The notes beneath the pieces were generated by a model. That model worked only from the letters and a program-made list of their open reading frames with translations. It made no database searches and was not told where the DNA came from. A stretch of DNA of 63,780 bases, the filler included, from Octopus bimaculoides (lineage: Eukaryota), in assembly GCF_001194135.2 (NCBI RefSeq). It is 11 parts of 9 records of this genome, joined end to end, with 100 filler letters (N's around TTAATTAATTAA, not from the genome) between each part and the next. Parts side by side here need not be neighbours in the genome. Positions count along the whole stretch, not along the records: positions 3,794 to 23,205 come from NC_069004.1; positions 23,306 to 31,332 come from NC_068985.1; 9 more parts are not named here. One strand, 5' to 3'. Both the position numbers and the translations under genes were made by a program. This document shows, one piece after another, positions 12,626-26,465 of this stretch (position 1 is its first letter; the number at the start of each line of letters is the position of its first letter).

Positions 12626-13611
12626 TAATGTTTCGGATATTGCTACTCTTGCTGCTGTATTTGCAGATGTTAAGATGATGCTGATATCACTCTTCCTGTC
12701 GTTAGCCCTGCGATCACGAATGGTGAAGTAGACGTAGGATTAAATGATATTTCAGGATGTATCTTTAATATAGGCTTTCTCTTTTTTCTTCAAACAAATT
12801 GGCCAACAAATTAGTGTACCATTGCTACGGCTTATTCTCTTACCGCAAATAACAGACAGATGGATGAAAGTTTGACACTTTTTTCATCTTCCTAGGAAAA
12901 TTGTCAGGTAAATAATTTATAAAATGCTTCTTAAAAGTAACACACGCTTTAAATAATGTAAGGCACACAAATATCAGGTCTGACTCTGCAGGAAGAAGTA
13001 CAATGAAATGATGTAACCAATCCACATATATGCCGATATATTGAAGAAATTTCGTAAATTTATTCTCGAGATATTTTGGTTTGATTTCAGTATTATTTAT
13101 TTGGAACCATTGCTGTTCCTAGCAGATTTATGCTTACCAGGTTAAGTAACCTAAGACACTCGATCTCACGTGAAATAGATAGAAAATCCTGCTCTTAACG
13201 CAGGCTTGTTTTATTGTTACTGGAAGAACAAGCGCCAATGTAACTCTGAAAAGAAAGAGTCGGAATAAATAAAGCTTTCTAACCTAAACAGAAGCGACGT
13301 TGGCAATTGGCCAGAAAACTAGGTGTTACACTGTAAATAATTAATGTTTTTCATTTTAAGTTAACTGTAATTCAGATTGATATTCATCTTTACGAGACGA
13401 CAACCGAAATATCGATCTGCACAACTAGTGACAACTATAAACCTACAAAGTAAATTTTCGAGAAATTAATTTGAAGATTAATGAATTTTTCATTCCTTTC
13501 CTTCGTCTTCTTATTTTCTTTCCTTCTTTGTTTTTCTTGTGAAACCCTTCCATCAATGAACGCTTCATTTATACTAATGTTTCTTTTTTTTGTTAAATGA
13601 TACTGATTTCA

Positions 13612-13755
13612 AATTTTGGCACAAAGCAAACAATATAAAGCGAGGGTGAAGACGATTACATCGAGACCAGTACACAACTGGTACATATCTTATCAATCTC
13701 GAAAGGATAAAAGGCAAAGTCGACCTCGGTAAAATTCGAGCTCAGAACATAGAGT
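13612..13755 (-). mobile_element. SINE family 1, diverged
   Basis: Core GAAAGGATAAAAGGCAAAGTCGACCTCGG. Confidence 0.7.
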
Positions 13756-13799
13756 CAGAACATAGAGTGTTTCGTTCAACATCTTGAGCATGATAGGCT

Positions 13800-14005
13800 A
13801 CTCGACCTGTAGAAATTTCTAACTGAGCCCCACCTACGAGCACATGCGCCGTTATCTAGATATGAGATCACAATGTCGACTACGTATGGATCTGATGCAT
13901 GTAGTTCGTGTACCGTTATCAGATGGGTAGTTATGATGGCTACACAGGGCTGCGTATAGTTTACTCCATTGTCACTTTGATGGAATGCACTGTTCTCTCA
14001 CTGAG
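13800..14005 (+). mobile_element. Family A repeat, 5'-truncated diverged copy
   Basis: Aligns by eye with 2714-2917 and ends ...GCACTGTTCTCTCACTG followed by AAT/ACA repeats. Confidence 0.7.
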
Positions 14006-14264
14006 TAACAATATTACAACAACAAAATCAACAACAATAATGCCCGATAAAGCAGCACACAGAGCTACACTCATTACTTCAGTAAATGCACGCAATATAC
14101 AAAAATGTGTACTTGAGCAAAATAATATTAATAAGACAAAGTTGTTAAAAAAAAAAACTATAATATTAATGTATTAATAACGTAATATTTATAATGACGG
14201 GAAGAAGCTAGTGAGGGGGGAAATTTTATCAACATATCTAAAACAACGTAAATTACAATAATAT

Positions 14265-14284
14265 CGAACAATAACAACAACAAC

Positions 14285-14324
<40 letters not shown>

Positions 14325-14654
14325 CTGATGATGATGATGATGATGATGATGGTGATGATGGTGATAGTGATGGTGATGATGATGATGATGGTCATGTAGA
14401 TAATGATGATGATGATGATGATAGTAATATTTATGTTAACTATAAATAATGATTATAATAATAAATTAACAAAATATTAGGTTTTAATATGATCATCATC
14501 ACCATCGTAGTCAGCATCATCATCATCATCATCATCATTCGTCTCCAACGTCATCGTTATTGTAATTAATATTAATGTTACACTCAAAAATAATCATCAT
14601 CACCTTCGTCACCATCATCATCATCTTCACCATCATCACCATCACCACTACCGT

Positions 14655-14692
<38 letters not shown>

Positions 14693-14700
14693 ACAACTAC
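14265..14700. repeat. (GAT)n and (CAT)n trinucleotide microsatellites in opposite orientation
   Basis: Directly visible. Confidence 0.9.
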
Positions 14701-15014
14701 ATCGTAATCACCAGCAGCGCCAACAGGAGCAGAATACACCTCCCTCCCCCAACAGCAGCGTCACCTTCGGCAGCATTACTATGAAAAGGTTTATAATTAT
14801 TATTGATATTATCATTCTTACAATCACTTTGGGAATTTTGTCACAGTTTTACTTGTGTGTATATATTCGTATATGTTTCTATCTGGAAATCTCTCCGTAC
14901 GAATTTATACATATATACGCACAAGCACATCCACCCAGACGCATGAATATATATATATATACACACACAGACGCGCACATATATATATGTGTGGGGGGTG
15001 TATGTATATATATA

Positions 15015-15053
<39 letters not shown>

Positions 15054-16220
15054 GTGTGTGTATGTATGCGTATGTGTGCGTATGTGTGCGTATGCATGTA
15101 TACATACATGTTTTTGAATGTGTGTATGTCTGCGACTGCCTCTATCTCTATGCAAAAGTGTTTAATTTTTCTTTATGTTTTGTCAATTTTTTTTCTCGTT
15201 TCTATAATTTTTTTTATAAAAATTATTTCAAATAAATTTCTTTTTGAATGACTTTTGTGTCTGTATGTATGCATACATATAAGTAAGTATGTATAAATGA
15301 ATATATATATATATATANNNNNNNNNNNNNNNNNNNNNNNNNNNNNNNNNNNNNNNNNNNNNNNNNNNNNNNNNNNNNNNNNNNNNNNNNNNNNNNNNNN
15401 NNNNNNNNNNNNNNNNNNNNNNNNNNNNNNNNNNNNNNNNNNNNNNNNNNNNNNNNNNNNNNNNNNNNNNNNNNNNNNNNNNNNNNNNNNNNNNNNNNNN
15501 NNNNNNNNNNNNNNNNNNNNNNNNNNNNNNNNNNNNNNNNNNNNNNNNNNNNNNNNNNNNNNNNNNNNNNNNNNNNNNNNNNNNNNNNNNNNNNNNNNNN
15601 NNNNNNNNNNNNNNNNNNNNNNNNNNNNNNNNNNNNNNNNNNNNNNNNNNNNNNNNNNNNNNNNNNNNNNNNNNNNNNNNNNNNNNNNNNNNNNNNNNNN
15701 NNNNNNNNNNNNNNNNNNNNNNNNNNNNNNNNNNNNNNNNNNNNNNNNNNNNNNNNNNNNNNNNNNNNNNNNNNNNNNNNNNNNNNNNNNNNNNNNNNNN
15801 NNNNNNNNNNNNNNNNNNNNNNNNNNNNNNNNNNNNNNNNNNNNNNNNNNNNNNNNNNNNNNNNNNNNNNNNNNNNNNNNNNNNNNNNNNNNNNNNNNNN
15901 NNNNNNNNNNNNNNNNNNNNNNNNNNNNNNNNNNNNNNNNNNNNNNNNNNNNNNNNNNNNNNNNNNNNNNNNNNNNNNNNNNNNNNNNNNNNNNNNNNNN
16001 NNNNNNNNNNNNNNNNNNNNNNNNNNNNNNNNNNNNNNNNNNNNNNNNNNNNNNNNNNNNNNNNNNNNNNNNNNNNNNNNNNNNNNNNNNNNNNNNNNNN
16101 NNNNNNNNNNNNNNNNNNNNNNNNNNNNNNNNNNNNNNNNNNNNNNNNNNNNNNNNNNNNNNNNNNNNNNNNNNNNNNNNNNNNNNNNNNNNNNNNNNNN
16201 NNNNNNNNNNNNNNNNNNNN

Positions 16221-16343
<123 letters not shown>

Positions 16344-17560
16344 AAGAAGAAGGATTAATGTATGCATATGTTTTTTTTTCTTTGTGAAGAGATGATGTGA
16401 CATTTTTGGAAGAAATTTCAGTACTGGAAAATGGAATAAAGGAAAATCTAAGAAAACTACAATAGGAAAACAATATGAAGATATAAGAGAAAAGGTACGC
16501 AAGTAGGGGACATGAATTTGGCCTTACTGAGGAAACCCTTCAGAACTTCTGTGCTCCGTATTACCAAAGGTGTCGTCCTCCAACAGTGTCCTCCGATCTA
16601 AAGGCGGGTGATGTGTATATGCTCTTAAGTTTGTTTCATATTCTCAACGCCTTTTTCTGTATATACGATAATGAAGAATAACGCTATCTACACAAGTACC
16701 TTTGTCTCAAGCTGAATCTTGATGTAATCGATGAATGAGAAATCGAAGAATAAAATTCTTTGTATTTATCCCTTTCATGTTGTACACCATACAAGTTGTT
16801 TTACTGCTGGTTCAGAGACAGAAGAAAACAGCTTGCCCTATCCTGTCACAAGTCAGACAATGTGTGATGTCGTATGATGATCTCAGCTGCTAGCTAGAAT
16901 CCTTTTGTATACGAAATTTCTTCAATATATATCAATAGGCATCGAAGCTAAAACATTGTGCGTTGTGTGTGTGTGTGTATGTATTTGTGTCCGTGCGTTC
17001 GTGTTTGTGTGTATGTGTGTCTGTGTATGTGTGTGCATAATAACTTTGTCTTTCTGTGAGCATCTCAAATATGGTCAGTTGACGGTGTTACGTTGATAGT
17101 TGAATTTTGCACAAAATGGCAATATTTGAGTAACACTAATTTAGAAATTTCTAGAAGTTGCCTACATGCTAAAGGTCCTCTGGAATTGTTTATTCTGTTG
17201 ATTGCTATGGAGTTTGTGAAACACAAGCCTTCCACATAATACAAGACTTAACGTATCATCACCTCTCGTTTCCGATTGACTAATAGAAAACCGCGAGATA
17301 TTCGCGGTGCAAAACTCCTTTGGCCGAATATTTCAAATTCCGCCGAGGTTAAATTTTCTTTCATCCTTTCGAGATCATTACCTCAAATACCACCGAAACA
17401 CTTGGCTCGTTGTAACTGGCTAGTCTCCTCCCCTCAAATCTCAGCCCCCTTGTGCCATTTAGTAGAAATAGTTATTATTATCATTATTATTGACATTGTT
17501 GTTCTTGTTGTCGTTAGCAGCGTCCCCGACGACAACATCAACATCAGCATAACCATCATT

Positions 17561-17602
<42 letters not shown>

Positions 17603-18755
17603 GTGACCGTCTTTTCCTCGAAATTTGTCCTTATGTATGTTTTTCCCTCCAAAATACTTTTTATTGGATTCTCACTAAACAATCACAGTCAATCGATATA
17701 TGAATTTCTTTACATATGTGGTTGTATGTAACTTGTTAGCATGTATGTTTATCATCATGCGTACGTATTAAATCTCGATGCATATGCGAGGCGGGAATTG
17801 TATGTATGAACGCCTGAGCGTCCATATTTGTGTGTGTAGGTATATATATATATATGTANNNNNNNNNNNNNNNNNNNNNNNNNNNNNNNNNNNNNNNNNN
17901 NNNNNNNNNNNNNNNNNNNNNNNNNNNNNNNNNNNNNNNNNNNNNNNNNNNNNNNNNNNNNNNNNNNNNNNNNNNNNNNNNNNNNNNNNNNNNNNNNNNN
18001 NNNNNNNNNNNNNNNNNNNNNNNNNNNNNNNNNNNNNNNNNNNNNNNNNNNNNNNNNNNNNNNNNNNNNNNNNNNNNNNNNNNNNNNNNNNNNNNNNNNN
18101 NNNNNNNNNNNNNNNNNNNNNNNNNNNNNNNNNNNNNNNNNNNNNNNNNNNNNNNNNNNNNNNNNNNNNNNNNNNNNNNNNNNNNNNNNNNNNNNNNNNN
18201 NNNNNNNNNNNNNNNNNNNNNNNNNNNNNNNNNNNNNNNNNNNNNNNNNNNNNNNTTCGTTTCAAAGCAAATTTATACAACAATAACAACAGCAACAGCT
18301 GCTGCTGGTACTACTACTGTTGCTACGACAGCGATGGCTGCTGCTGTTAATAATATTAATAATAATAATAATAATAGAAATGCAGTAATATGGAGGTAAA
18401 TATAACAATACGCACACATACACCACACACACACACACACACACATGTATATACATATGCATTTATAGATATGTATATAGCTTCATAGATATATGCATAC
18501 CCACATACATACCGATAATTACATATATACAAACATATATATACATATGTGTGTGTGTGATTCATTTCAGAGTGGATCCAGTTTGTTGGTATTTATGTAT
18601 ATACCTGTAAAATTCTACATATGCATATATGTATGTGAATATGTATGTATGTATATGCATAAATAATGACAGATACGTGTGAGTTTATATATATGAAAAT
18701 ACACAAACACACATATACATGTGTATTTGTATATTACTATGTATGCATATATAAG

Positions 18756-18790
<35 letters not shown>

Positions 18791-18807
18791 CACATATATA
18801 TACCTGG

Positions 18808-18861
<54 letters not shown>

Positions 18862-20039
18862 CATATACATATACATATATATACCCGGGTGACCATGCAT
18901 ATNNNNNNNNNNNNNNNNNNNNNNNNNNNNNNNNNNNNNNNNNNNNNNNNNNNNNNNNNNNNNNNNNNNNNNNNNNNNNNNNNNNNNNNNNNNNNNNNNN
19001 NNNNNNNNNNNNNNNNNNNNNNNNNNNNNNNNNNNNNNNNNNNNNNNNNNNNNNNNNNNNNNNNNNNNNNNNNNNNNNNNNNNNNNNNNNNNNNNNNNNN
19101 NNNNNNNNNNNNNNNNNNNNNNNNNNNNNNNNNNNNNNNNNNNNNNNNNNNNNNNNNNNNNNNNNNNNNNNNNNNNNNNNNNNNNNNNNNNNNNNNNNNN
19201 NNNNNNNNNNNNNNNNNNNNNNNNNNNNNNNNNNNNNNNNNNNNNNNNNNNNNNNNNNNNNNNNNNNNNNNNNNNNNNNNNNNNNNNNNNNNNNNNNNNN
19301 NNNNNNNNNNNNNNNNNNNNNNNNNNNNNNNNNNNNNNNNNNNNNNNNNNNNNNNNNNNNNNNNNNNNNNNNNNNNNNNNNNNNNNNNNNNNNNNNNNNN
19401 NNNNNNNNNNNNNNNNNNNNNNNNNNNNNNNNNNNNNNNNNNNNNNNNNNNNNNNNNNNNNNNNNNNNNNNNNNNNNNNNNNNNNNNNNNNNNNNNNNNN
19501 NNNNNNNNNNNNNNNNNNNNNNNNNNNNNNNNNNNNNNNNNNNNNNNNNNNNNNNNNNNNNNNNNNNNNNNNNNNNNNNNNNNNNNNNNNNNNNNNNNNN
19601 NNNNNNNNNNNNNNNNNNNNNNNNNNNNNNNNNNNNNNNNNNNNNNNNNNNNNNNNNNNNNNNNNNNNNTATATATATGTATATATATATATATATATAC
19701 AGACACACACACATATATGTATATAGATACATCAGGAATCGTACCTTATTTACATTGTACCGTGTAAGGTGTCTAGTTTATTTTACAACGCAACAATTCA
19801 AGCAAAAACAAACACTACATTCAGAGTGATAGACTGTGAATAAATACTTTATAGCAGACATAGTTATTGGTTTAACTGAAATGAAAATTAACAAAATTTG
19901 TCAAATGATTCTATTTATATGAACAAATATCGAGCGGAAAAAGGGTCTCTACTCGTTTATCCGACCTGCTAGAAATAGTAGAGAAATATCCTTTTAATTC
20001 TTCTCGTATGCTCAAAAGTGGTACTTATATTCGTTTCTA

Positions 20040-20185
20040 CTTTAGGCACAAGGCCCGAAATTTTTGGGAAGGGAGGCAGTCGATTTGATCGACCCCAGTA
20101 TGCAACTGGTACTTAATTTGTCGACCCTGAAAGATGAAAGGCAAAGTTGACTTCGGCGGAATTTGAACTCAGACCGTAAAGACAG
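20040..20185 (-). mobile_element. SINE family 1
   Basis: Core and tail match other copies. Confidence 0.75.
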
Positions 20186-21762
20186 AAGAGATGTAGTACT
20201 TATATTAGAATAGAAAAACGTTTGCGAAATATTTGGTCAAGATGGAAAAAGCAAATTCAAGCACAGTAAATTGCGTTGAATGCAATATAGTTATTTAAGA
20301 GTCTATTCTAATATAGGAGCGATTAGATCTTCGTAGCCGTAAGTGATGGCTCAGTATAAGTGGTCTAATCAATAATTATCCGGACTGTTGGTATAGTAAC
20401 GGAGCTAAATCACACAGAGTCAGGCCATTGGACACAGATTGACCTGGACCTCTGATGTGCATGCGTACTAAAGTTTAACGTTGTCGACCTCTTCCGCTGT
20501 TTACAGCAGTGCTTGGAAAGAAGGTATGTAGCGTGTGATCGTCGCATTGACCATGACAAAAAAATTAAGCAGAAAATCTGCAGCAAATAACTGCTCAGAG
20601 GCTTATGCAAGGTTTTCAAAAAGTTTTCATCGATTATTAAGGGTGAGAATAGTAGTAGTGTTCATGTTGATGGCGACGATGATGGTTATAATAAAAAACA
20701 AAAACAATGATGGCGATAACAAAAGAAGTACAAGTAAAAGTACAAGGACAACGACAGCAACAATAGCAATATTAATAATATAAAGTACAAGTAGTCGCGT
20801 TTCAAATATTTAATTAAATATATATCAAATATATCGTGTTTCCTTCTTTTGACATATTCTTCGATTTCAAAAATGGCGACCACTGAATCATAGACGTAGT
20901 CATTAAATTGAGAGAGAAAAATACAAACATATACATATGCCTCCATGCATACATTAGTAGGTATTCTTATATATATGTGTGTACGTGTGTTTGTATGTGT
21001 GTTTGTATACATGTATGTATATATGTATATATATANNNNNNNNNNNNNNNNNNNNNNNNNNNNNNNNNNNNNNNNNNNNNNNNNNNNNNNNNNNNNNNNN
21101 NNNNNNNNNNNNNNNNNNNNNNNNNNNNNNNNNNNNNNNNNNNNNNNNNNNNNNNNNNNNNNNNNNNNNNNNNNNNNNNNNNNNNNNNNNNNNNNNNNNN
21201 NNNNNNNNNNNNNNNNNNNNNNNNNNNNNNNNNNNNNNNNNNNNNNNNNNNNNNNNNNNNNNNNNNNNNNNNNNNNNNNNNNNNNNNNNNNNNNNNNNNN
21301 NNNNNNNNNNNNNNNNNNNNNNNNNNNNNNNNNNNNNNNNNNNNNNNNNNNNNNNNNNNNNNNNNNNNNNNNNNNNNNNNNNNNNNNNNNNNNNNNNNNN
21401 NNNNNNNNNNNNNNNNNNNNNNNNNNNNNNNNNNNNNNNNNNNNNNNNNNNNNNNNNNNNNNNNNNNNNNNNNNNNNNNNNNNNNNNNNNNNNNNNNNNN
21501 NNNNNNNNNNNNNNNNNNNNNNNNNNNNNNNNNNNNNNNNNNNNNNNNNNNNNNNNNNNNNNNNNNNNNNNNNNNNNNNNNNNNNNNNNNNNNNNNNNNN
21601 NNNNNNNNNNNNNNNNNNNNNNNNNNNNNNNNNNNNNNNNNNNNNNNNNNNNNNNNNNNNNNNNNNNNNNNNNNNNNNNNNNNNNNNNNNNNNNNNNNNN
21701 NNNNNNNNNNNNNNNNNNNNNNNNNNNNNNNNNNNNNNNNNNNNNNNNNNNNNNNNNNNNNN

Positions 21763-22125
<363 letters not shown>

Positions 22126-22817
22126 GTAAATAAATAAATAAATAAACAAATAAATCATAGCAAAATACTGGTAGGAACTAGCGGTATGAACTGCGTTACA
22201 AAACCATAATTCTATCAAAACCAGTAACCACGTTCAAAGATATTTTTCCAAGAAACTAGAACGAAATTCTATGATTTGAAATAACATAGCGGAAATATTA
22301 ATTGCTTTATATGTGATGGTTAGTCCAAGTCAAAAGATCCAAAACAATAGCAGCATGTATGTGTGTGTGTCAGACAATATATGTATATATTCATATATAT
22401 ATGTATGTATATATATATATATATATATATATNNNNNNNNNNNNNNNNNNNNNNNNNNNNNNNNNNNNNNNNNNNNNNNNNNNNNNNNNNNNNNNNNNNN
22501 NNNNNNNNNNNNNNNNNNNNNNNNNNNNNNNNNNNNNNNNNNNNNNNNNNNNNNNNNNNNNNNNNNNNNNNNNNNNNNNNNNNNNNNNNNNNNNNNNNNN
22601 NNNNNNNNNNNNNNNNNNNNNNNNNNNNNNNNNNNNNNNNNNNNNNNNNNNNNNNNNNNNNNNNNNNNNNTATACTTTCCATTAAAACATGGATAGGTGG
22701 ATACATATATAAAGAGAGAGACACAGGAACATATATTGAGTGATGCTGAAGGAGAAAGAGAGAGGATTGATATGAGCGGACCGATTAATAGATCGATATA
22801 GAGAAATAAGCAAATAG

Positions 22818-22848
<31 letters not shown>

Positions 22849-23159
22849 GATAGATAGATAGAAAGATAGATAGATAGATAGATAGACAGTCAAATGGATA
22901 GATAGAGACAGACAGGGTAAAAAAGAAAGTCAGAGGGAGAGAGAAAGAGAGAGAAAGAGAGAGATGTGCATACATATTTCAAAGCATACACACATGAAGT
23001 AACATATTTATAGAAATCAAAACATTGGAAGCGTGTATGGAAATGTAGTCACAAAGAGAAACATATACACATTCATAGATTCATTACGTATGCGAAAGGA
23101 ACGCAAACATACAAGAGTATACGTATATATACGTGCATTAAATAATCCCGTAATGTTAT

Positions 23160-23205
<46 letters not shown>

Positions 23206-23304
23206 NNNNNNNNNNNNNNNNNNNNNNNNNNNNNNNNNNNNNNNNNNNNTTAATTAATTAANNNNNNNNNNNNNNNNNNNNNNNNNNNNNNNNNNNNNNN
23301 NNNN

Positions 23305-23735
23305 NGTTGACATTCGGCAGACTCTCTTCCTCCCATTCATTCTCTTTATTGAGCAACCTTTCGTTTAGTGCAAGCATACCATCATCCATGCGAACACATT
23401 TCTCTCCCACGACATCACTATTCTCTCTCACACACTTTCTTGCAACACGAAATACCTCAAGTCTTTGGTCCTCATGGCGCAGAACATTGGCAAATTTTTT
23501 CTTATCTGCTTCCCCTCTGGCTAAATAAACCTGTCGCTTAGCTTCCCTTCTGGCAGTCTGATACAATTCCCTGCTACCACCGTTCTTCCAGTCCTTCCAA
23601 GCCTGTTTCTTTTGTCTANNNNNNNNNNCTTCTGGCAGTCTGATACAATTCCCTGCTACCACCGTTCTTCCAGTCCTTCCAAGCCTGTTTCTTTTGTCTA
23701 ATAGCCCTGTCAACCACATTGTTCCACCACCACTT
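23305..23735 (-). mobile_element. RTE-clade LINE remnant (linker between endonuclease and RT)
   Basis: Translation WWNNVVDRAIRQKKQAWKDWKNGGSRELYQTARREAKRQVYLARGEADKKKF...EKCVRMDDG...RLLNKENEW shows the WWN..V..A...KK linker typical of RTE-type ORFs. 23550-23617 is duplicated across a small N gap. Confidence 0.75.
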
Positions 23736-24128
23736 TACTTTGGGTCAAGAGGGGACTTTGCACCATCCACAGATCTGGTCAGTGGCCCTCAGCAGGTTGT
23801 CCCGTAGATTTTTTTATTCTTTAACTTTTACTTTATTTCTATTTTTGATCTTCTCTTTCTATCTTATACACGCTAGTTAAATACAATACAATCTATTTAA
23901 TATTCACTCTATGCTGAATTGTGGTACAGTATGGGAAGATTTCTGAAATCCAACGAACATTTATGCAGTTATAACAGTTTAAAGGATAAACCTATTATAA
24001 TGGATAATACTAAGTGGACTTTTTCTTTTTCTCTTTCTTCTTCCTTTGTGATGTAATCTTGGGACTGAAAATGTTTGCGGCTGAAGATAGCTTTAAACCA
24101 TCCTTTATATCAACAATATATACTGATG

Positions 24129-24922
24129 GGATCTTTGTGATTTGACGGGCAACACTTGTTTTCTTAACGAAACACTTTCAAACTTGGGACACTGGTAGAA
24201 TGTGTCATATAAAACAACTTCTTCTCTTAACCTTCTTAACAAAAAATTGTACATCGCAAGTTATTTCATGTTAAAGTTGTCGTATTTCTGTAATTTCAAC
24301 CAATCACTGACGTCTATTCAGCTGAATACAGTTAGTGCTGTTCGGTGTCAAGTGTGTTATTCCCTGTTTAATTATATCATTATTCCCTAGTAAGGGTTTA
24401 GGGTTTTAGGGTTAGTGTTCGGGTTTTAGGGTTAGGGTTATGGTTATGAGTTATAGGGTTAGAGTTAAGGTTGTGGCAAAAATAATCATAACCCTAACCG
24501 TAATCCTAAAACTAACCCTAACTCTAAAACCCGAACCCTAACCCTAAAACCCTAAAGCTAAAACCAGTACAAACGCACGAACGATGTCATGAATAACAGT
24601 AACAAACGAAATATATACCACTGATAGTTGTTGTTGACAATAGATAGTTTTTGTTGACAAACAACGGCACTAATTTTATTCAAGGGGAAAAATCCCGTAA
24701 CACCGTTGTTTACATTCCCCGGCGTAATTGTTTTCACCTCAATAGACGTCAGTGATTGGTTGAAATTACCGAAATACGACAATTTTTTACATGAAATAAC
24801 TTAGAATACAAAATTTTTTATCTGTTCTGTAACACAAAATATACAAGTATTCGAAGTTTGAAAGTGTTTCGGTACCAAAAACACTACATAAAAAAATGTT
24901 GCCCGTCAAATCACAAAGATCC
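24129..24922. mobile_element. 794-bp MITE with long imperfect TIRs, an 8-bp TSD (TACTGATG) and internal head-to-head telomere-like arrays; Merlin-like ends
   Basis: Perfect 26-bp terminal IR GGATCTTTGTGATTTGACGGGCAACA (24129-24154 / 24897-24922), with imperfect IR continuing about 200 bp inward. TACTGATG at 24121-24128 and 24923-24930. Degenerate (TTAGGG)n at 24392-24473 and (CCCTAA)n at 24488-24565. Confidence 0.9.
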
Positions 24923-25609
24923 TACTGATGTAATGACAGATTGTGTATAAAGCTTGAAACACGTGTACTGNNNNNNNNNNNNNNNNNNNNNNNNNNNNNN
25001 NNNNNNNNNNNNNNNNNNNNNNNNNNNNNNNNNNNNNNNNNNNNNNNNNNNNNNNNNNNNNNNNNNNNNNNNNNNNNNNNNNNNNNNNNNNNNNNNNNNN
25101 NNNNNNNNNNNNNNNNNNNNNNNNNNNNNNNNNNNNNNNNNNNNNNNNNNNNNNNNNNNNNNNNNNNNNNNNNNNNNNNNNNNNNNNNNNNNNNNNNNNN
25201 NNNNNNNNNNNNNNNNNNNNNNNNNNNNNNNNNNNNNNNNNNNNNNNNNNNNNNNNNNNNNNNNNNNNNNNNNNNNNNNNNNNNNNNNNNNTACATAGAG
25301 ATATAAAGGGGTCAACGATATTATTCCATGGGCTTTAGGAATAAGAATGCTAGTTTACATAGAGATATAAAGGGACGGTGTTTTTGATGTGATGCTAAAG
25401 GTTAAACTCAGAGAGTTATTTAAATATGGGGAGATAAATATGTTGTAGTTCTGTTAAATTAGAGAGAGCTAATAGTTGAGTCAAAAAAGGGGGAGGAAGG
25501 GAGGGAACTAAGGTAGTACATCATATGAGGGAACCCAATGACATATTAATATGTAGCGAAAAAGTAAATAAAATTGAAAGTAAATGAAACATCGTAGTCT
25601 AGTGAAGGT

Positions 25610-25940
25610 TTAAATATGTGTGTGCGTGCGCGCATATACATGTGTACAAACACGTGCGTGCACGCACATGTACACACACATGTATATACACATATACATA
25701 TACTTATGTATACATACCCATACACACACATACACCCATACTCATACATGTATACACCCATACAGAAGCCTTCACATATACATATGCACACACACGCTCA
25801 CCTATACATACGTACCTGTATGTATACATACATTCCTGTATATATACAAACATGCAAATACCCACACACGCACACACATACATACGCACACATGTTCATA
25901 CACAAACACACATAGATGTCTATATGTATATACACCTACA

Positions 25941-25972
<32 letters not shown>

Positions 25973-26332
25973 CATACATATACATACACACATGCACCCA
26001 TACACACACACACACGCCCCGTGCTCGTACATGTACACACACATACATATGCATATATACATATACTTATGTATACATACCCATTCACACACATACACCC
26101 ATACAAATACACACGCACACCCATACACATACACACACACACCCATACAGAAACCTTCACATATACATATGCACACACACGCACACCTATACTTGCGTAC
26201 CTGTATATATACATACATTCCTGTATATATACAAACATGCAAACACCCACACACACACACCCATACTTATACACACATGCACATACACACACACATATAC
26301 ATGTATATATATATATACACTTATGTATATGT

Positions 26333-26363
<31 letters not shown>

Positions 26364-26465
26364 CATACACACATGCACCCATACACACACACACGCCCAC
26401 CCCCACACACACACACACTCACAAACACACGTATGCATATATGTACACATATACATACACATGTG
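25610..26465. repeat. CA/TA-rich higher-order tandem repeat, period about 385 bp
   Basis: The marker CAGAA(G/A)CCTTCACATATACATATGCAC occurs at 25763 and 26148, and surrounding blocks repeat with the same offset. Confidence 0.75.

Noticed and set aside
16480-16680. Protein-like open frame RGHEFGLTEETLQNFCAPYYQRCRPP
   Set aside because: Short, bounded by stops, no convincing splice sites, and no family recognised beyond a 5-residue resemblance to adenylosuccinate synthetase.
18571-18588. Possible 18-nt microexon (ttcatttcag|AGTGGATCCAGTTTGTTG|gtattt)
   Set aside because: Weak donor and short pyrimidine tract within microsatellite sequence; not distinguishable from chance.
24392-24565. Head-to-head TTAGGG/CCCTAA as a chromosome-fusion scar
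   Set aside because: The arrays lie inside a TIR-bounded unit with an exact 8-bp TSD, which indicates transposition.
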